Shown one piece after another: positions 18,114 through 28,288 of a DNA stretch of 64,000 bases. The notes under the pieces are model-generated. The model saw nothing but the letters and a program-made list of their open reading frames with translations. It made no database searches and was not told the DNA's origin. The stretch comes from Bacteroidales bacterium. Lineage in GTDB: Bacteria; Bacteroidota; Bacteroidia; Bacteroidales; JAQUTK01. Numbering within the stretch: the stretch's first letter is position 1; the number at the start of each line of letters is the position of its first letter. Both the position numbers and the translations under genes were made by a program. The DNA lies in the NCBI GenBank assembly GCA_028709785.1, contig JAQUTK010000021.1:610-64609 (forward strand), read 5' to 3'.

Positions 18114-20192
18114 ATGAAATCTCCTTTATTTCTGGCAGCAATGCTACTAAACAGTCTGCTTTCCGTCCATTCAGAAAATGCTCAAAACATAGATTTACAA
18201 AAATTGACCGGCAAACAGACCCGGGTGGTTTGGGTGCGCGATTTTAGTGGCAAAAACCGCAATTCAAGTGAGAATGACAATAAATTAAAAATTGTGGGTT
18301 TCGATTCAAAAGAAGGAAAAGAACATGTCATCCTTGATCAATTAGATGGTTATACTAAGCCCTTGTTTACGCCTGATGGCGACAGAATCGTATTTACCAA
18401 TCTTCGCGACAAACAAATTTATACGATTGACTGGGATGGCAAAAATCTGCGCAAAATTGTGGAAGGCAACCTTGCGGATGTCTGGCAAGATCCGAAAAAC
18501 AAGAAGATCTGGGCCTATTATCAAACCGGATTCGACACAAAAGCACCACTTTACAGAACATCCCTTGACGGAGGCGGCAAACCGGAACTGGTATGGAATG
18601 CGACTCCATTGAATGTTGATAATTTTCAGTTTTCGAGAGATGGAAAGTATGCCAGTGGCTTGTTTCCATGGCCGAAGGGAGGAGTTGCCAATATGGAGAC
18701 CAAAGAGTGGCAACTGCTCGGCAATGGTTGCTGGACCAGTCTTGCGCCTGACAACTCCCGGATGTTCTGGATCTTTGACGGTGCGCACCGCAATGTCTTT
18801 ATCACAACTCAATCCGGCAAAAGATGGGTGGTTCCTGTCGGCGATGCCGAGGGTATCAACGGTTTTGAAGTCTATCATCCCCGTTGGAGCAATTCGCCCC
18901 GGTTTATAACCGTCACCGGCCCTTATATGGGCAAAGGCGGCGAACCGGGAGGAAACCGCATTGGCAACAGCTATACAGAGGTTGAAGTCTATGTCGGCCG
19001 CTTTAATGCCGACTATACCTCGATAGAGGCTTGGACGAAGATCACGAATAACAAAGTGGCCGACTACTTCCCCGATGTATGGGTCAAAGAGGGTGAAAAA
19101 GAGGACATTCCGGAAAAAATAGCAAAGGGTGGAGCCGTTGCGGCTGTTAAAACATTGGATAGCAAAACAATAAACCGGTTTAAGGAGTGGCCCGGAACCG
19201 ATGAAGGTCTGGTGTTTCTATGGGAAAACGCCACCAGTGCCAATCAGATACAGACGATCGATCATAAAAAATATTCCACACAACTGGAGCTCACCGGAAA
19301 AGCCGTTTACGGGTTTGACAACTGTCTGGATCTGGCACAAGGAGTCGCAAAAGTAGAAGGAGCCGATGATAATATACTTCGTGCCTGCCAAAAGAGCAAT
19401 CAGTTGACGATTGAAGCCGGCATTACCACCGATCGGATCGACCAGAAAGGTCCGGCACGTATCATCAGCTTCTCCGGAAATGCCTCTTCGCGCAATTTCA
19501 CCCTGGGGCAAACGGATAACCACCTGGTGCTGCGTCTGCGTACCCCTCTTTCAGGCGAAAACGGTTCGTCGCCGGAAATCGTACTCGGCGAGATCCAGCC
19601 GAACGTAGCCATGCACGTCATCGTCACCTATGCCTCCGGACAGCTCCACTGCTATTTCAATGGCAAGGCGGTGAACCTGACCGAAACCTATCAGGGTGAT
19701 TTTTCAAACTGGGCCTCCCAACATCTCCTCTTTGGGGATGAGTGGGGTGGTGGTAGAAACTGGGACGGCAAGCTCGAGGGAATCGCTCTTTTCAACCGTT
19801 TCTTCAGCGACAAAGAAGCAGCCAAGCACTACGCTCTCTGGCAAAAGAAAATCAAAGAGCGCAAGATGCCCGAGACCATCGTAGTAGAAGCTACACCCGA
19901 AAAAATAAGTGTGACCCCCGAACCTTCATCCATCGCACCCTATCGGCGCTGTCTGGCGGAATATGTCTATAAGGTCAACAAGGTTCAAAAAGGAACCCTG
20001 AAAGGGGAGAGGATCATTGTGACCCATTGGGTCATCCTGGACGGAAAGAAAAATCCCGTCGCAGTCAAAAAAGGGGAGAAGCAGACGCTGACGCTCCAGC
20101 GATTTGACGACCACAAAGAATTGCAGGGCGAACGGCTGGTCAGCGATTTTGACGAGTTTGACCTCGAGCGGTATGTCGATATGAAACGGTAA
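18114..20192 (+). CDS. Secreted protein with a TolB-like beta-propeller and a LamG/concanavalin-like domain
   Basis: Signal peptide. PDGDRIVFTN / FSRDGKYASG propeller-like repeats. LamG-like block NFTLGQTDNHLVLRLRT...HVIVTYASGQLHCYFNGK...WDGKLEGIALFNRFFS. Confidence 0.65.
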   Translation: MKSPLFLAAMLLNSLLSVHSENAQNIDLQKLTGKQTRVVWVRDFSGKNRNSSENDNKLKIVGFDSKEGKEHVILDQLDGYTKPLFTPDGDRIVFTNLRDKQIYTIDWDGKNLRKIVEGNLADVWQDPKNKKIWAYYQTGFDTKAPLYRTSLDGGGKPELVWNATPLNVDNFQFSRDGKYASGLFPWPKGGVANMETKEWQLLGNGCWTSLAPDNSRMFWIFDGAHRNVFITTQSGKRWVVPVGDAEGINGFEVYHPRWSNSPRFITVTGPYMGKGGEPGGNRIGNSYTEVEVYVGRFNADYTSIEAWTKITNNKVADYFPDVWVKEGEKEDIPEKIAKGGAVAAVKTLDSKTINRFKEWPGTDEGLVFLWENATSANQIQTIDHKKYSTQLELTGKAVYGFDNCLDLAQGVAKVEGADDNILRACQKSNQLTIEAGITTDRIDQKGPARIISFSGNASSRNFTLGQTDNHLVLRLRTPLSGENGSSPEIVLGEIQPNVAMHVIVTYASGQLHCYFNGKAVNLTETYQGDFSNWASQHLLFGDEWGGGRNWDGKLEGIALFNRFFSDKEAAKHYALWQKKIKERKMPETIVVEATPEKISVTPEPSSIAPYRRCLAEYVYKVNKVQKGTLKGERIIVTHWVILDGKKNPVAVKKGEKQTLTLQRFDDHKELQGERLVSDFDEFDLERYVDMKR

Positions 20193-20224
20193 TGAATTTG
20201 AATAATAGCGAGAAGCATTAAAAA

Positions 20225-20256
20225 AAGGCGCGGAGTTCTCAGGAACCCCGCGCCTT
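20225..20256. terminator. Bidirectional terminator hairpin between convergent genes
   Basis: AAGGCGCGG...CCGCGCCTT stem, preceded by an A-run and followed by a T-containing tail. Confidence 0.7.
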
Positions 20257-20267
20257 GTATATAAAGA

Positions 20268-21323
20268 TCAATCATCCCCTTTGAGTCTCTTGACCTCGTT
20301 GACCATTTTGGAAAAAGACTTATCCCTTTTGCGCTTCTCATGCTCCGAAGAAGAGAAATGAAAGGCTTCCCGCTTCAGCTTCTGAAAGCTCTCATACACC
20401 TTGATATCCAGCAGACCCTTTCTGACCGCCTCCAACACTGCGCAACCCGGCTCATTGGTATGCGTGCAATCCTTGAAGCGACACGCCTCCGCGTAGTTCG
20501 ATATCTCCAGCATCCCGGCCAGCGAATCAGGATTGTCAACCGCCAAACCAAACTCACGGACACCCGGCGTGTCGATTAAGACCCCCGAACCCTCCATCAG
20601 TACCATTTCCCGACGGGTCGACGTGTGTCGTCCTTTACCTGTCGAGTGACTGATATCCGATGTCAGCAACAGCGGTTTGTCGCACAGCGCATTCACCAGC
20701 GAACTCTTTCCCACACCCGACGAACCGATAAACACCACCGTTTCACCTTCCGCGATCGACTCCCGTAGCCGGTCAATCGTTTCAGGCAGAAGAATACTGG
20801 TATAAAACACCGGCATCGCGCGGGCAATGTGTCTGATCGCTTCCTCTGTGGCCTGTTTGTCAAACCCCAGATCCGCTTTGTTGAGTATCAGCACCGGATG
20901 GATACCCTCTTCCACGATCTGAACCATGAAACGCTCGACCCTGCGCATATTGAAGTTATCATCCAGACTTTGCACGATAAACGCCTTATCGATATACGAC
21001 GCAAAGACCTGTTTGTCGGCCACCGTTCCGCTTTTCTTGCGGTACAAGGTCCGTTCGCGGGGCAGCATATCCACGATAAGCCCCTTGCCGTCGTCGAAAG
21101 GCTGAAAGATCACCCAATCGCCCGTACACGGCAGTTCGAAGTCCTCCTTCCCATACATCATACTTCCCGTCAACTCGCAGACGAACAGCCCCTCTTCAGC
21201 AACCACTTCGTAGCAGGTGCGATGCACCACAGCCACCCGTCCGTGCGGCAACGCATGAAATTTCGATTCCTCTTTCAGCTGGCTCAACCGGTCGTTCCAG
21301 CCATACCTGTTCAACGAACTCAT
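20268..21323 (-). CDS. rsgA: Ribosome small subunit-dependent GTPase A
   Basis: Circularly permuted GTPase: NKADL (G4) precedes [14 protein letters not shown] (G1). C-terminal zinc motif [16 protein letters not shown]. Confidence 0.9.
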   Translation of the reverse strand: MSSLNRYGWNDRLSQLKEESKFHALPHGRVAVVHRTCYEVVAEEGLFVCELTGSMMYGKEDFELPCTGDWVIFQPFDDGKGLIVDMLPRERTLYRKKSGTVADKQVFASYIDKAFIVQSLDDNFNMRRVERFMVQIVEEGIHPVLILNKADLGFDKQATEEAIRHIARAMPVFYTSILLPETIDRLRESIAEGETVVFIGSSGVGKSSLVNALCDKPLLLTSDISHSTGKGRHTSTRREMVLMEGSGVLIDTPGVREFGLAVDNPDSLAGMLEISNYAEACRFKDCTHTNEPGCAVLEAVRKGLLDIKVYESFQKLKREAFHFSSSEHEKRKRDKSFSKMVNEVKRLKGDD

Positions 21324-22099
21324 AGCTCTGCTTTTTTAGCTATGAAGAAGGTATATCCGTAGTACGCCTTATATTTGTGGTACAAAGCCTCCTCATGACG
21401 TTCCCAGGCAATAAACTCTTCAGCCGTTTTATTTCCCCTGTATTTCTTGAGAAACTTTTCCTGAACCACTTTCAAAGGCATATAGAAATGTTTTGTCCAG
21501 CACTCTTCGGGCAAGACGAAGCAAGCCACCAACGTATATCCGGCCGTCTGCAGTTGCGCTATTTTGTTGGCAATCGTATCAATTTCCGGATAAATGCCCA
21601 TCCAGAAATTATGGATCTCATCCGGACGTTCATCGGTAAACCAGCAGTTTTCAGAAACCACCAGGTAACCCCCTTTCTTCAGGTAGTTACGCCACAGATT
21701 GATTCCCAGCTGAAATCCGATATTATAAATGGCACCTTCCGACCAGATCAGATCCAGTTCCTTTTTATGAAAAGGAAGCGCATCCATCGAACCGACCACC
21801 CCATGCACCCGCTCCTGCAGATTCAGTTTCGCGGCGTTCGCGTTAAACAGGTCGATAAATCCCGGAAAAAGATCCAGACCCGTAATCCGTCCCGGCGCAT
21901 GTTGAGCCAGCACCATCGTCTGTCCACCCGTTCCGCACCCGATGTCGGCGATCAGCGATCGGTCGGTCAGGTTATCGACGAAACTCAACGCTTTCAACGT
22001 TGCCTCCGGACTACCCGGACCCTGTCGTTCCACACTGGAGAAATATGCACAGATTAAACTAAAATCGAATTCGTGAATTGATTTATTTTCGTTTTCCAT
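21320..22099 (-). CDS. Class I SAM-dependent methyltransferase
   Basis: SAM motif [17 protein letters not shown]. The start is taken at the internal Met (MENENKS). ATGA overlap with rsgA. Confidence 0.8.
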   Translation of the reverse strand: MENENKSIHEFDFSLICAYFSSVERQGPGSPEATLKALSFVDNLTDRSLIADIGCGTGGQTMVLAQHAPGRITGLDLFPGFIDLFNANAAKLNLQERVHGVVGSMDALPFHKKELDLIWSEGAIYNIGFQLGINLWRNYLKKGGYLVVSENCWFTDERPDEIHNFWMGIYPEIDTIANKIAQLQTAGYTLVACFVLPEECWTKHFYMPLKVVQEKFLKKYRGNKTAEEFIAWERHEEALYHKYKAYYGYTFFIAKKAEL

Positions 22100-22366
22100 T
22101 GTTTGATAAGTTGTAGCATACACGCGAAAGCACATCCTGCAATCTTCGTTGTACGCAGTTTTAAAAAAATGAGATATATATAATAGAAACTATCCCCGGA
22201 CAGAACTACCCGGGAATAAAACGAAAGGACAATCTGTAAAGGAGCTACAGACTGTTTACGCCACCAAATCCGATTTTAACAGGATGTTTACCATGCCGCA
22301 AAGATAGATACTATTTTTAAGATAGAAAAGTTGTTGTAAATAAATGTACGGTGCAATTTAATGAGG

Positions 22367-22374
22367 TAACTTTG
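22367..22374 (+). promoter_or_regulatory. -7 promoter box TAACTTTG
   Basis: Matches TAnnTTTG 24 nt upstream of the ATG at 22398. Confidence 0.5.
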
Positions 22375-22397
22375 CACGAAACTAAATTGAATTGAAA

Positions 22398-23339
22398 ATG
22401 GGAAATAGAATAACATCACTTTTTGGAATAAAATATCCGATCATTTCGGGCGGTATGGTATGGTGCAGTGGCTGGGAGCTTGCATCGGCAGTTAGTAATG
22501 CAGGAGGTTTGGGACTTATTGGTGCCGGATCCATGACCCCGGAAGTGCTGCGCGAACATATTCAAAAGTGCAAAAAAGCGACCGATAAGCCCTTTGGAGT
22601 CAATATTCCGTTGATTTCTCATTATGCAGAAGACGCGATAAAAATCAGTATCGAAGAAAAAGTACCTGTTGTATTTACTTCTGCCGGTAATCCTAAAACA
22701 TGGACAAAGATCTTGCAAGAGAATGGGATTAAAGTGGCTCATGTGGTATCCAGCACGAAATTCGCCGTCAAATGTGAGGAAGCCGGAGTAGATGCTGTTG
22801 TTGCAGAAGGATTTGAAGCCGGTGGACATAACGGACGAGAGGAAACCACCACCATGGTATTGATTCCACAAGTACGAAAATCCATCTCAATCCCTCTGAT
22901 TGCCGCCGGCGGTATTGCCAGTGGAGAAGGAATGTTAGCCGCATTTGCATTGGGAGCAGAAGGAGTACAAATGGGTACCCGGTTTGCTTTGTCGCTGGAA
23001 AGTTCGGCAGATGAGTCTTTCAAACAGCTTTGTATCCGCTTAAACGAAGGCGATACCATGCTTTCGCTGAAAAAGATAGTCCCGACCCGATTGATCAAAA
23101 ATGATTTTTATAAAGAGATAGAAGAAGCAGAAACCCGGGGGGCACAAGCAGAAGAACTCAAGGAGATCTTAGGTCGTGGACGAGCAAAAAAAGGAATCTT
23201 TGAAGGCGATTTATCGAATGGGGAGCTGGAAATAGGTCAAATCAGTTCAATGATAAAAGATATCCCTACCGTCAAACAGATCATCGAGGAAATAGTAGCG
23301 TCGTACAACGAAAAAAGAGTTTCCATTCCTGTTCTGTAG
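22398..23339 (+). CDS. NAD(P)H-dependent flavin oxidoreductase (nitronate monooxygenase / FabK-like family)
   Basis: GIKYPIISGGMVWCSGWELASAVSNAGGLGLIGAG, EGFEAGGH and AAGGIASG motifs of the NMO/FabK TIM-barrel family. Confidence 0.85.
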   Translation: MGNRITSLFGIKYPIISGGMVWCSGWELASAVSNAGGLGLIGAGSMTPEVLREHIQKCKKATDKPFGVNIPLISHYAEDAIKISIEEKVPVVFTSAGNPKTWTKILQENGIKVAHVVSSTKFAVKCEEAGVDAVVAEGFEAGGHNGREETTTMVLIPQVRKSISIPLIAAGGIASGEGMLAAFALGAEGVQMGTRFALSLESSADESFKQLCIRLNEGDTMLSLKKIVPTRLIKNDFYKEIEEAETRGAQAEELKEILGRGRAKKGIFEGDLSNGELEIGQISSMIKDIPTVKQIIEEIVASYNEKRVSIPVL

Positions 23340-23448
23340 AAAGAAGAAACACTCCCTGTTTTGATATCAAATAGAAAAGTATTATCTATGCTTTCGGATA
23401 TAATAGTATCCGAATAAATCTGTTATCACATAAATCAAACACAATAGT

Positions 23449-23775
23449 ATGCCATTACTCTATAACTTTGACATTGAGACTCCCGACGAGTTGTTGACCG
23501 TTCTCGCACAAAACATGCAGAAACGCAGGCTTGAAAAAGGACTTTCCCGCGAGGCTCTCACCGAACTTAGCGGTGTTCCGACTCCGACGATTGCCAAGTT
23601 TGAGCAGAAGCATACCATTTCGCTGTCGTCATTTGTCGCATTGGCAAAAGCATTGGGCTATTCCAAAGCGATCAAAGAGCTTTTATCCGAACCACTATTC
23701 AGCACAATGGAAGAGCTGGAACTAATCAATAAGAACAAAAGCAGGAAGAAGGGACGCAATGTATTCAGTAAATAA
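23449..23775 (+). CDS. XRE-family helix-turn-helix protein (HipB-like antitoxin type)
   Basis: HTH segment GLSREALTELSGVPTPTIAKFEQKHTISLSSFVALAKALG with a basic C-terminal tail. Confidence 0.7.
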   Translation: MPLLYNFDIETPDELLTVLAQNMQKRRLEKGLSREALTELSGVPTPTIAKFEQKHTISLSSFVALAKALGYSKAIKELLSEPLFSTMEELELINKNKSRKKGRNVFSK

Positions 23776-23968
23776 ATTCTCCATCTTACCTTCTACCTTA
23801 CGCAAGATCCCAAAAAGGGCGACAGATGATCAGGAACATTGCAGAAGCATGCTCAGAGATAGCCTCGAAGGATTATATTGGGTCTTAAAAAAGAAGTCGA
23901 TATTGAATTAAGTTTTGAAAAGGGTATGATTATTCATTAATAAGGGCTACCTTTGTCCTATCAATGAA

Positions 23969-24011
23969 GTGTCCGGCATAGTTGGAGAACTGTTGCCGGG
24001 CACTTTTTTTT
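23969..24011 (+). terminator. Rho-independent terminator
   Basis: GTGTCCGGCA / TGCCGGGCAC stem (one G-U pair), 15-nt loop, T8 run. Confidence 0.7.
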
Positions 24012-24039
24012 ATTAATATCGAACAAAAAAAATGTAACC

Positions 24040-24732
24040 ATGAGAAAGATTACTGACGATGAATTTGAGTACTTATTCGGATTTATCGACAAGAAAGATT
24101 GGGAGTTACTTACTCCGGAACAACAGGTTAAGTGCAGGGAAAGTATTGAATTATACTTTGAGAAGAATACAAATATCTATGAGAAGTACTTTGAGCTTTA
24201 TGATTGTACCCTCCAGGATTTAGATACCTATTATGGATTTCGACACGATGCTTTCATTAAGTGTTTAGTCTCTTCAGCCATCAATAATAATGCGGTAGTA
24301 ATGCTGAATGATTCTAATCAGAATTATGAAGAAGTGAAAGAACGATCAAAAGAACGTTCAAGAAAACAATTGAAGAAGGATGTTCCACAAAAAGAGGAAT
24401 CAACCAGTGATCCTGTTCTTATATTCTCAGAGCAACAACGTATTGAACGTTTCTTCTTACTTACACCTCTTAAACCGAATGATTCGGATGCTGTGTATTT
24501 AAAAAGGACGGATGAAGAGTTGCGTAGTGGCGGCCTTTTTTTGAAGAATGCTGTGACGCACTTCTTCAGGAGTTTATTCAGAACAAAAGAAGCAACTGCC
24601 ATCAAAAATTTCAACATTTCAGATGAAAAGATAATGGATACCTTTAGTAAACTCCTCAAGGATGAGATAGGTACTTACATTCTTGTCTTGCAAGAGCCAG
24701 AAGGCATTCGAAAAAAAATCTATTTAATGTGA
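24040..24732 (+). CDS. Hypothetical protein (230 aa)
   Basis: Clean ORF with a terminator downstream. No motif recognised. Confidence 0.5.
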   Translation: MRKITDDEFEYLFGFIDKKDWELLTPEQQVKCRESIELYFEKNTNIYEKYFELYDCTLQDLDTYYGFRHDAFIKCLVSSAINNNAVVMLNDSNQNYEEVKERSKERSRKQLKKDVPQKEESTSDPVLIFSEQQRIERFFLLTPLKPNDSDAVYLKRTDEELRSGGLFLKNAVTHFFRSLFRTKEATAIKNFNISDEKIMDTFSKLLKDEIGTYILVLQEPEGIRKKIYLM

Positions 24733-24743
24733 TGAAGAGAAGA

Positions 24744-24780
24744 GGATAAGGCTGACAAACGCAGCCTTATTCCCTTTTTT
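24744..24780. terminator. Terminator hairpin between convergent genes
   Basis: GGATAAGGCTG / CAGCCTTATTCC stem followed by T6. Confidence 0.6.
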
Positions 24781-24791
24781 CACCAAAAGGC

Positions 24792-26627
24792 TCAAAACGG
24801 CACCTCTCTTTCCTCGTCTTCCTCAAAGGCGATCGCCTGCACTTTGGCGGTGGCATCTATCATGCCCTCTTTCTTTTTAAACCAGTTGCTGTTGTCAAAG
24901 AGCGAGGAGCGGAACTTGCCCAGATGATCCATCGTCTCCGTTTCGTAGGGCGTGTAGCGACCGTTGACCGTGTTGAAGATGAACTGCACCTTGCCTTTTT
25001 TGCCGAGGTTTTTCGTCTTTACCTTCAGGATGTGAATCGTCGTGAGGTCGTTATTCTCGTCCCTTGACACCGCCAGACCAAAGTCCGCTTTGTTGTAAAA
25101 GTGCGACGAACCGTAGATGTCGTACATCTTGAGCTGTTTCGACTTGGACTTCGAATCATCGTCCTGTTTGGTAGGGTGGGCGACCAGTATGATCAGTATC
25201 CGATGCTTCTCGGCATACTTGGTGAGCTTGTCGAGAAACTGATTGATGTAGCTCGTCTCCCTTTCAAACTTGCCCAGACGATGTTCTACGCAGTTGTACG
25301 GGTCGATGACCAGTGCCTTGATACCGTTTCGGCGGATCAGATCGGTCGCTTTGTTCAGGATCGACTCGATGGTAAAATCCTCTTTGGGGATGATGGTAAA
25401 GATATTCTCGTCCAGAAACCGGACCGACTCCTCGTACTCCTCCTCCGTGGTAATACCCTGTTCGAGCTTCTTGCCGATCATCTTCTCCGAGATCTTGCAG
25501 TACGCCTCTTCGATCGGCATGTTTTCCGGACTGAAATAGGCCGTTCTCCAGTCGTGATTCATATACATGTTCGTCACCAGCATATCCACAAACTCCGACT
25601 TACCCGCTGTCGGTTCGCCGGTCACCACGCACAGTTTGCCCAACACGAAACGGAGGTAATTATCCAGGTTCGCAAACCCGGTGGAGAGTCCCGTCGTCAC
25701 CCCTTTTTCATAGATCAGGCGGTAGTTGTCGATGACATCACAGACCGAAAAGACCCCTTCGAGCGGGAGCATCTGCGGCAACTTGAGATAGATACGCAGA
25801 CTCTCCGCGCCATATTTTACCAGATGATCATTGGCATCTTTGCAGCCCTCGCCAAACTTCACGATACGGCAGACGCTCCGTCCAAAACGGCGAACCAGTT
25901 CGTCGCACAAAATCATCCCTTTCCGGTCGTTGTCCACGGCGATGTAGATAATCTCTTTGTTTTCAAAATGCGACTCGACAAACGGATCCAGCCAGCTAAG
26001 ATTCGTGTTTGCCCCGTTGGGCACGCTGATCACCGACGGGAAACCCGCCGCGATGACACTCATTGCATCCGGTTCACCCTCAACGACATAGACATAGTTT
26101 GGCTCTTTTGCACTGTCAATGTTGTAAGGCACCTGTTCGGCACCCGCCTCCATGGCAAAATGTTTTTCCAGGTCGCGATACTTCGTGTTGACCAGTTCGC
26201 CGTCCACAAAATAGTTGAACCCGATGCACTTCACTTTTTTCTTGACGTCGGGCAGGTACCGCTCCACTTCGGTCACTTTCAGATCGATCAGCACCTTTTG
26301 CGGGATGCACCGTTTCTCCACAAAATATTTCACCAGTTCGTCGCTCAGTTTCGTCTTGTTGGTGTCAAACACCGGACGCCTGAAGTGGGAGGCAACCCCT
26401 TTCGATTCCCTCTTTTCCGACTTCTCCAGCTCTTCGCCCGGCGTGGTCAGATGCCCCCCTTCCGTGCAGTGATAGCAATACGCATACTTGCTTTTCTTGT
26501 TGACTTTCAGGGTTTTCAGATGTTGATGATCCGGTCTGCGTTGCGGTCCGCAGAGCGGACAAGCCATCAGTTCGGTATCTCTGGTCGTCTTTGTTTCCAG
26601 TACATGCCCTTTAAAATAGTAAATCAT
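24792..26627 (-). CDS. Bifunctional primase-helicase (zinc finger, Toprim and DnaB/RecA-like ATPase; T7 gp4-like architecture)
   Basis: CPLCGP...CYHC zinc ribbon. Toprim VVEGEPDAMS ... IAVDNDRKG. Walker A TGEPTAGKSEF and Walker B-like ILIILVAHPTKQ. Confidence 0.8.
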   Translation of the reverse strand: MIYYFKGHVLETKTTRDTELMACPLCGPQRRPDHQHLKTLKVNKKSKYAYCYHCTEGGHLTTPGEELEKSEKRESKGVASHFRRPVFDTNKTKLSDELVKYFVEKRCIPQKVLIDLKVTEVERYLPDVKKKVKCIGFNYFVDGELVNTKYRDLEKHFAMEAGAEQVPYNIDSAKEPNYVYVVEGEPDAMSVIAAGFPSVISVPNGANTNLSWLDPFVESHFENKEIIYIAVDNDRKGMILCDELVRRFGRSVCRIVKFGEGCKDANDHLVKYGAESLRIYLKLPQMLPLEGVFSVCDVIDNYRLIYEKGVTTGLSTGFANLDNYLRFVLGKLCVVTGEPTAGKSEFVDMLVTNMYMNHDWRTAYFSPENMPIEEAYCKISEKMIGKKLEQGITTEEEYEESVRFLDENIFTIIPKEDFTIESILNKATDLIRRNGIKALVIDPYNCVEHRLGKFERETSYINQFLDKLTKYAEKHRILIILVAHPTKQDDDSKSKSKQLKMYDIYGSSHFYNKADFGLAVSRDENNDLTTIHILKVKTKNLGKKGKVQFIFNTVNGRYTPYETETMDHLGKFRSSLFDNSNWFKKKEGMIDATAKVQAIAFEEDEEREVPF

Positions 26628-26643
26628 TTGTTCCTTTTTTAGG

Positions 26644-27672
26644 TTAGTTTTTCCACTTTTTTTGTTTCACATTCCACACCGCATTCGCATTCGGTCGGGG
26701 TGGTGCTTCATCCGGAATCGGAAAGCCGAAATAACTTCGTTTTCCTGTCGCGCTATCTACCTCTTCAAAGGGATTTTTGATTTCCATTAGCACCAACTCA
26801 TGAAGCCTGGCAGCAAACAGTTGATGCGTTTTCATGCCCGGTTGCATCATGTTAGCGAAGTAATTCTTGGCTTGCCTTTCGCTCCGTATCGTTGATTCAT
26901 TTCCCTGTGTTATGACGTGTTCTTTGAATAAACGTTTTACTATGAAGGGATTATCTCTGAATTCTTCACCCAGATGCGATCGCATGCCCACCAATTCGAA
27001 CCATTCCTGACTTTTGAACGCCTGTTCCACACATTTCTCCCAGTCCATCACCGGTTGCAGCGGCTCATAGCCCCACGGATCATTGATTTTTGAAAAATCA
27101 ACTACTACTGCTTCTCCTGCGGAGCAATCTTTTTTTTCCAGTTCAGGAGAGGAAGAAGATTTAGAAGAAGAAGTAGAAATTTCTTTATTTTCGTTTTCTA
27201 AATTCTTCTCTTCTTTCCTCTCCTCTGGTATGGTTTGCTCTGGTATGGTCTCCTCTGGTATGGTGTGTTTTTCGAAAACAGTTATTTCGTTGTTATCATG
27301 AATGTTATCATTTTCTTTTAACGTATTTGAACACGTTTTTCGAGCCTGCTTCTTCATTCTTTGAGCTCTCTTCTCTTCAATTTCCTCCACTCTTTTATTC
27401 AATCCTTTCGAATAAAACGTGTCACCTTCAATCACAAAGAGGTCAAAATCGGTCACCATCTTTAGGAGAAATGATTCAGGAATCTTAAGAGAACGGGCAA
27501 GCATTCGAAGCTGATCGAAAGTTCCCAAGTTATTTTCCAGCTCAAAAAGAAACTCAACGAGCAGCCAATACAGTCCGTACAATGTAGCCCCGTTTTTGTG
27601 GAGAAGTAACTTACTCAGTTTAGAATCTCTCATTGCATCCCCGTCATGTTTAAAATACAAATCGCTTTTCAT
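26644..27672 (-). CDS. DUF4373 (Lin1244/Lin1753-like N-terminal domain) protein, replisome-organizer-like
   Basis: N-terminus YFKHDGDAMRDSKLSKLLLHKNGATLYGLYWLLVEFL matches my recollection of DUF4373. Acidic/Ser-rich linker contains a 15-bp x3 tandem repeat. Confidence 0.65.
   Translation of the reverse strand: MKSDLYFKHDGDAMRDSKLSKLLLHKNGATLYGLYWLLVEFLFELENNLGTFDQLRMLARSLKIPESFLLKMVTDFDLFVIEGDTFYSKGLNKRVEEIEEKRAQRMKKQARKTCSNTLKENDNIHDNNEITVFEKHTIPEETIPEQTIPEERKEEKNLENENKEISTSSSKSSSSPELEKKDCSAGEAVVVDFSKINDPWGYEPLQPVMDWEKCVEQAFKSQEWFELVGMRSHLGEEFRDNPFIVKRLFKEHVITQGNESTIRSERQAKNYFANMMQPGMKTHQLFAARLHELVLMEIKNPFEEVDSATGKRSYFGFPIPDEAPPRPNANAVWNVKQKKWKN
27223..27267 (-). repeat. In-frame 15-bp tandem repeat x3 inside the DUF4373 gene
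   Basis: CTCTGGTATGGTTTG / CTCTGGTATGGTCTC / CTCTGGTATGGTGTG on the + strand encodes (H/E/Q)TIPE x3 on the - strand. Confidence 0.85.
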
Positions 27673-27697
27673 GTTTCAGTCTTATCTTTATTAGTAA

Positions 27698-28288
27698 CTA
27701 CAAAAAATAGAACACATTATTTCCAAGTCCGTGGCGGAAGATTTTCCCCTCTGAAACCCAACGGTTGAGATCTTTGATGGCAGCAGACTTATGCAATCCG
27801 GTGATTCGCTGATAATCCATCCGCGTCATAAACGGTGTCTTGTTGAGAAACGTCAGAGCCACTTGCAACCGCTGCTCATCCGTGAGCGACGGAGCTGTAC
27901 ACTCCTTACTCTTCACCAGACGCATCGTCGAAAGTTTTCTCTTCATGGATCGGCTGGCTCTGAACTTTACGCGGCTGAATTGGGTCATTAGTCCCTTCTG
28001 ATCCTTTTCCGGCTCACCCTTCTTGCGCTCCAGTCCCACGGAAAAGATGCCGAGCCCTTCCAGTTCGACCGATTCACCCTGGCTCAGATGCCGTGCCAAA
28101 CCCTCCGCGATTGTCGTCAACATACCCATCACATCCCCTTTGGTAAAAGAAGAAGCATCCGCAATCTCCTCCGCCAGTTTGTCAATAGGAATCATCCCCC
28201 CATGGACGATTCGCGCATACTCTTTCGGTACCTCTCCATTCTCCCTGTTAGCAACAGGAGATTTAAACAACTCATATTTTACACTCAT
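27698..28288 (-). CDS. HU-like DNA-binding protein with a C-terminal extension
   Basis: IDKLAEEIADASSFTKGDVMGMLTTIAEGLARHLSQGESVELEGLGIFSV resembles the HU/IHF fold signature of Bacteroidales HU-like proteins. Confidence 0.7.
   Translation of the reverse strand: MSVKYELFKSPVANRENGEVPKEYARIVHGGMIPIDKLAEEIADASSFTKGDVMGMLTTIAEGLARHLSQGESVELEGLGIFSVGLERKKGEPEKDQKGLMTQFSRVKFRASRSMKRKLSTMRLVKSKECTAPSLTDEQRLQVALTFLNKTPFMTRMDYQRITGLHKSAAIKDLNRWVSEGKIFRHGLGNNVFYFL

Noticed and set aside
20829-22057. Two + strand ORFs (177 aa and 226 aa) opposite rsgA and the methyltransferase
   Set aside because: Both are antisense shadow ORFs. The minus-strand frames have diagnostic GTPase and SAM-binding motifs.
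23759-23917. 52-codon ORF overlapping the XRE gene stop, considered as a hipA toxin remnant
   Set aside because: The position (ATG overlapping the end of a HipB-like gene) is suggestive. I could not recognise any HipA motif in MYSVNKFSILPSTLRKIPKRATDDQEHC..., so the call is unsupported.
25101-26642. 513-aa ORF on the + strand, antisense to the primase-helicase gene
   Set aside because: The product is Arg/Leu/His-rich and low-complexity, with no recognisable motif. The minus-strand frame carries clear zinc-ribbon, Toprim and Walker A/B motifs, so this is a shadow ORF of a GC-richer gene.
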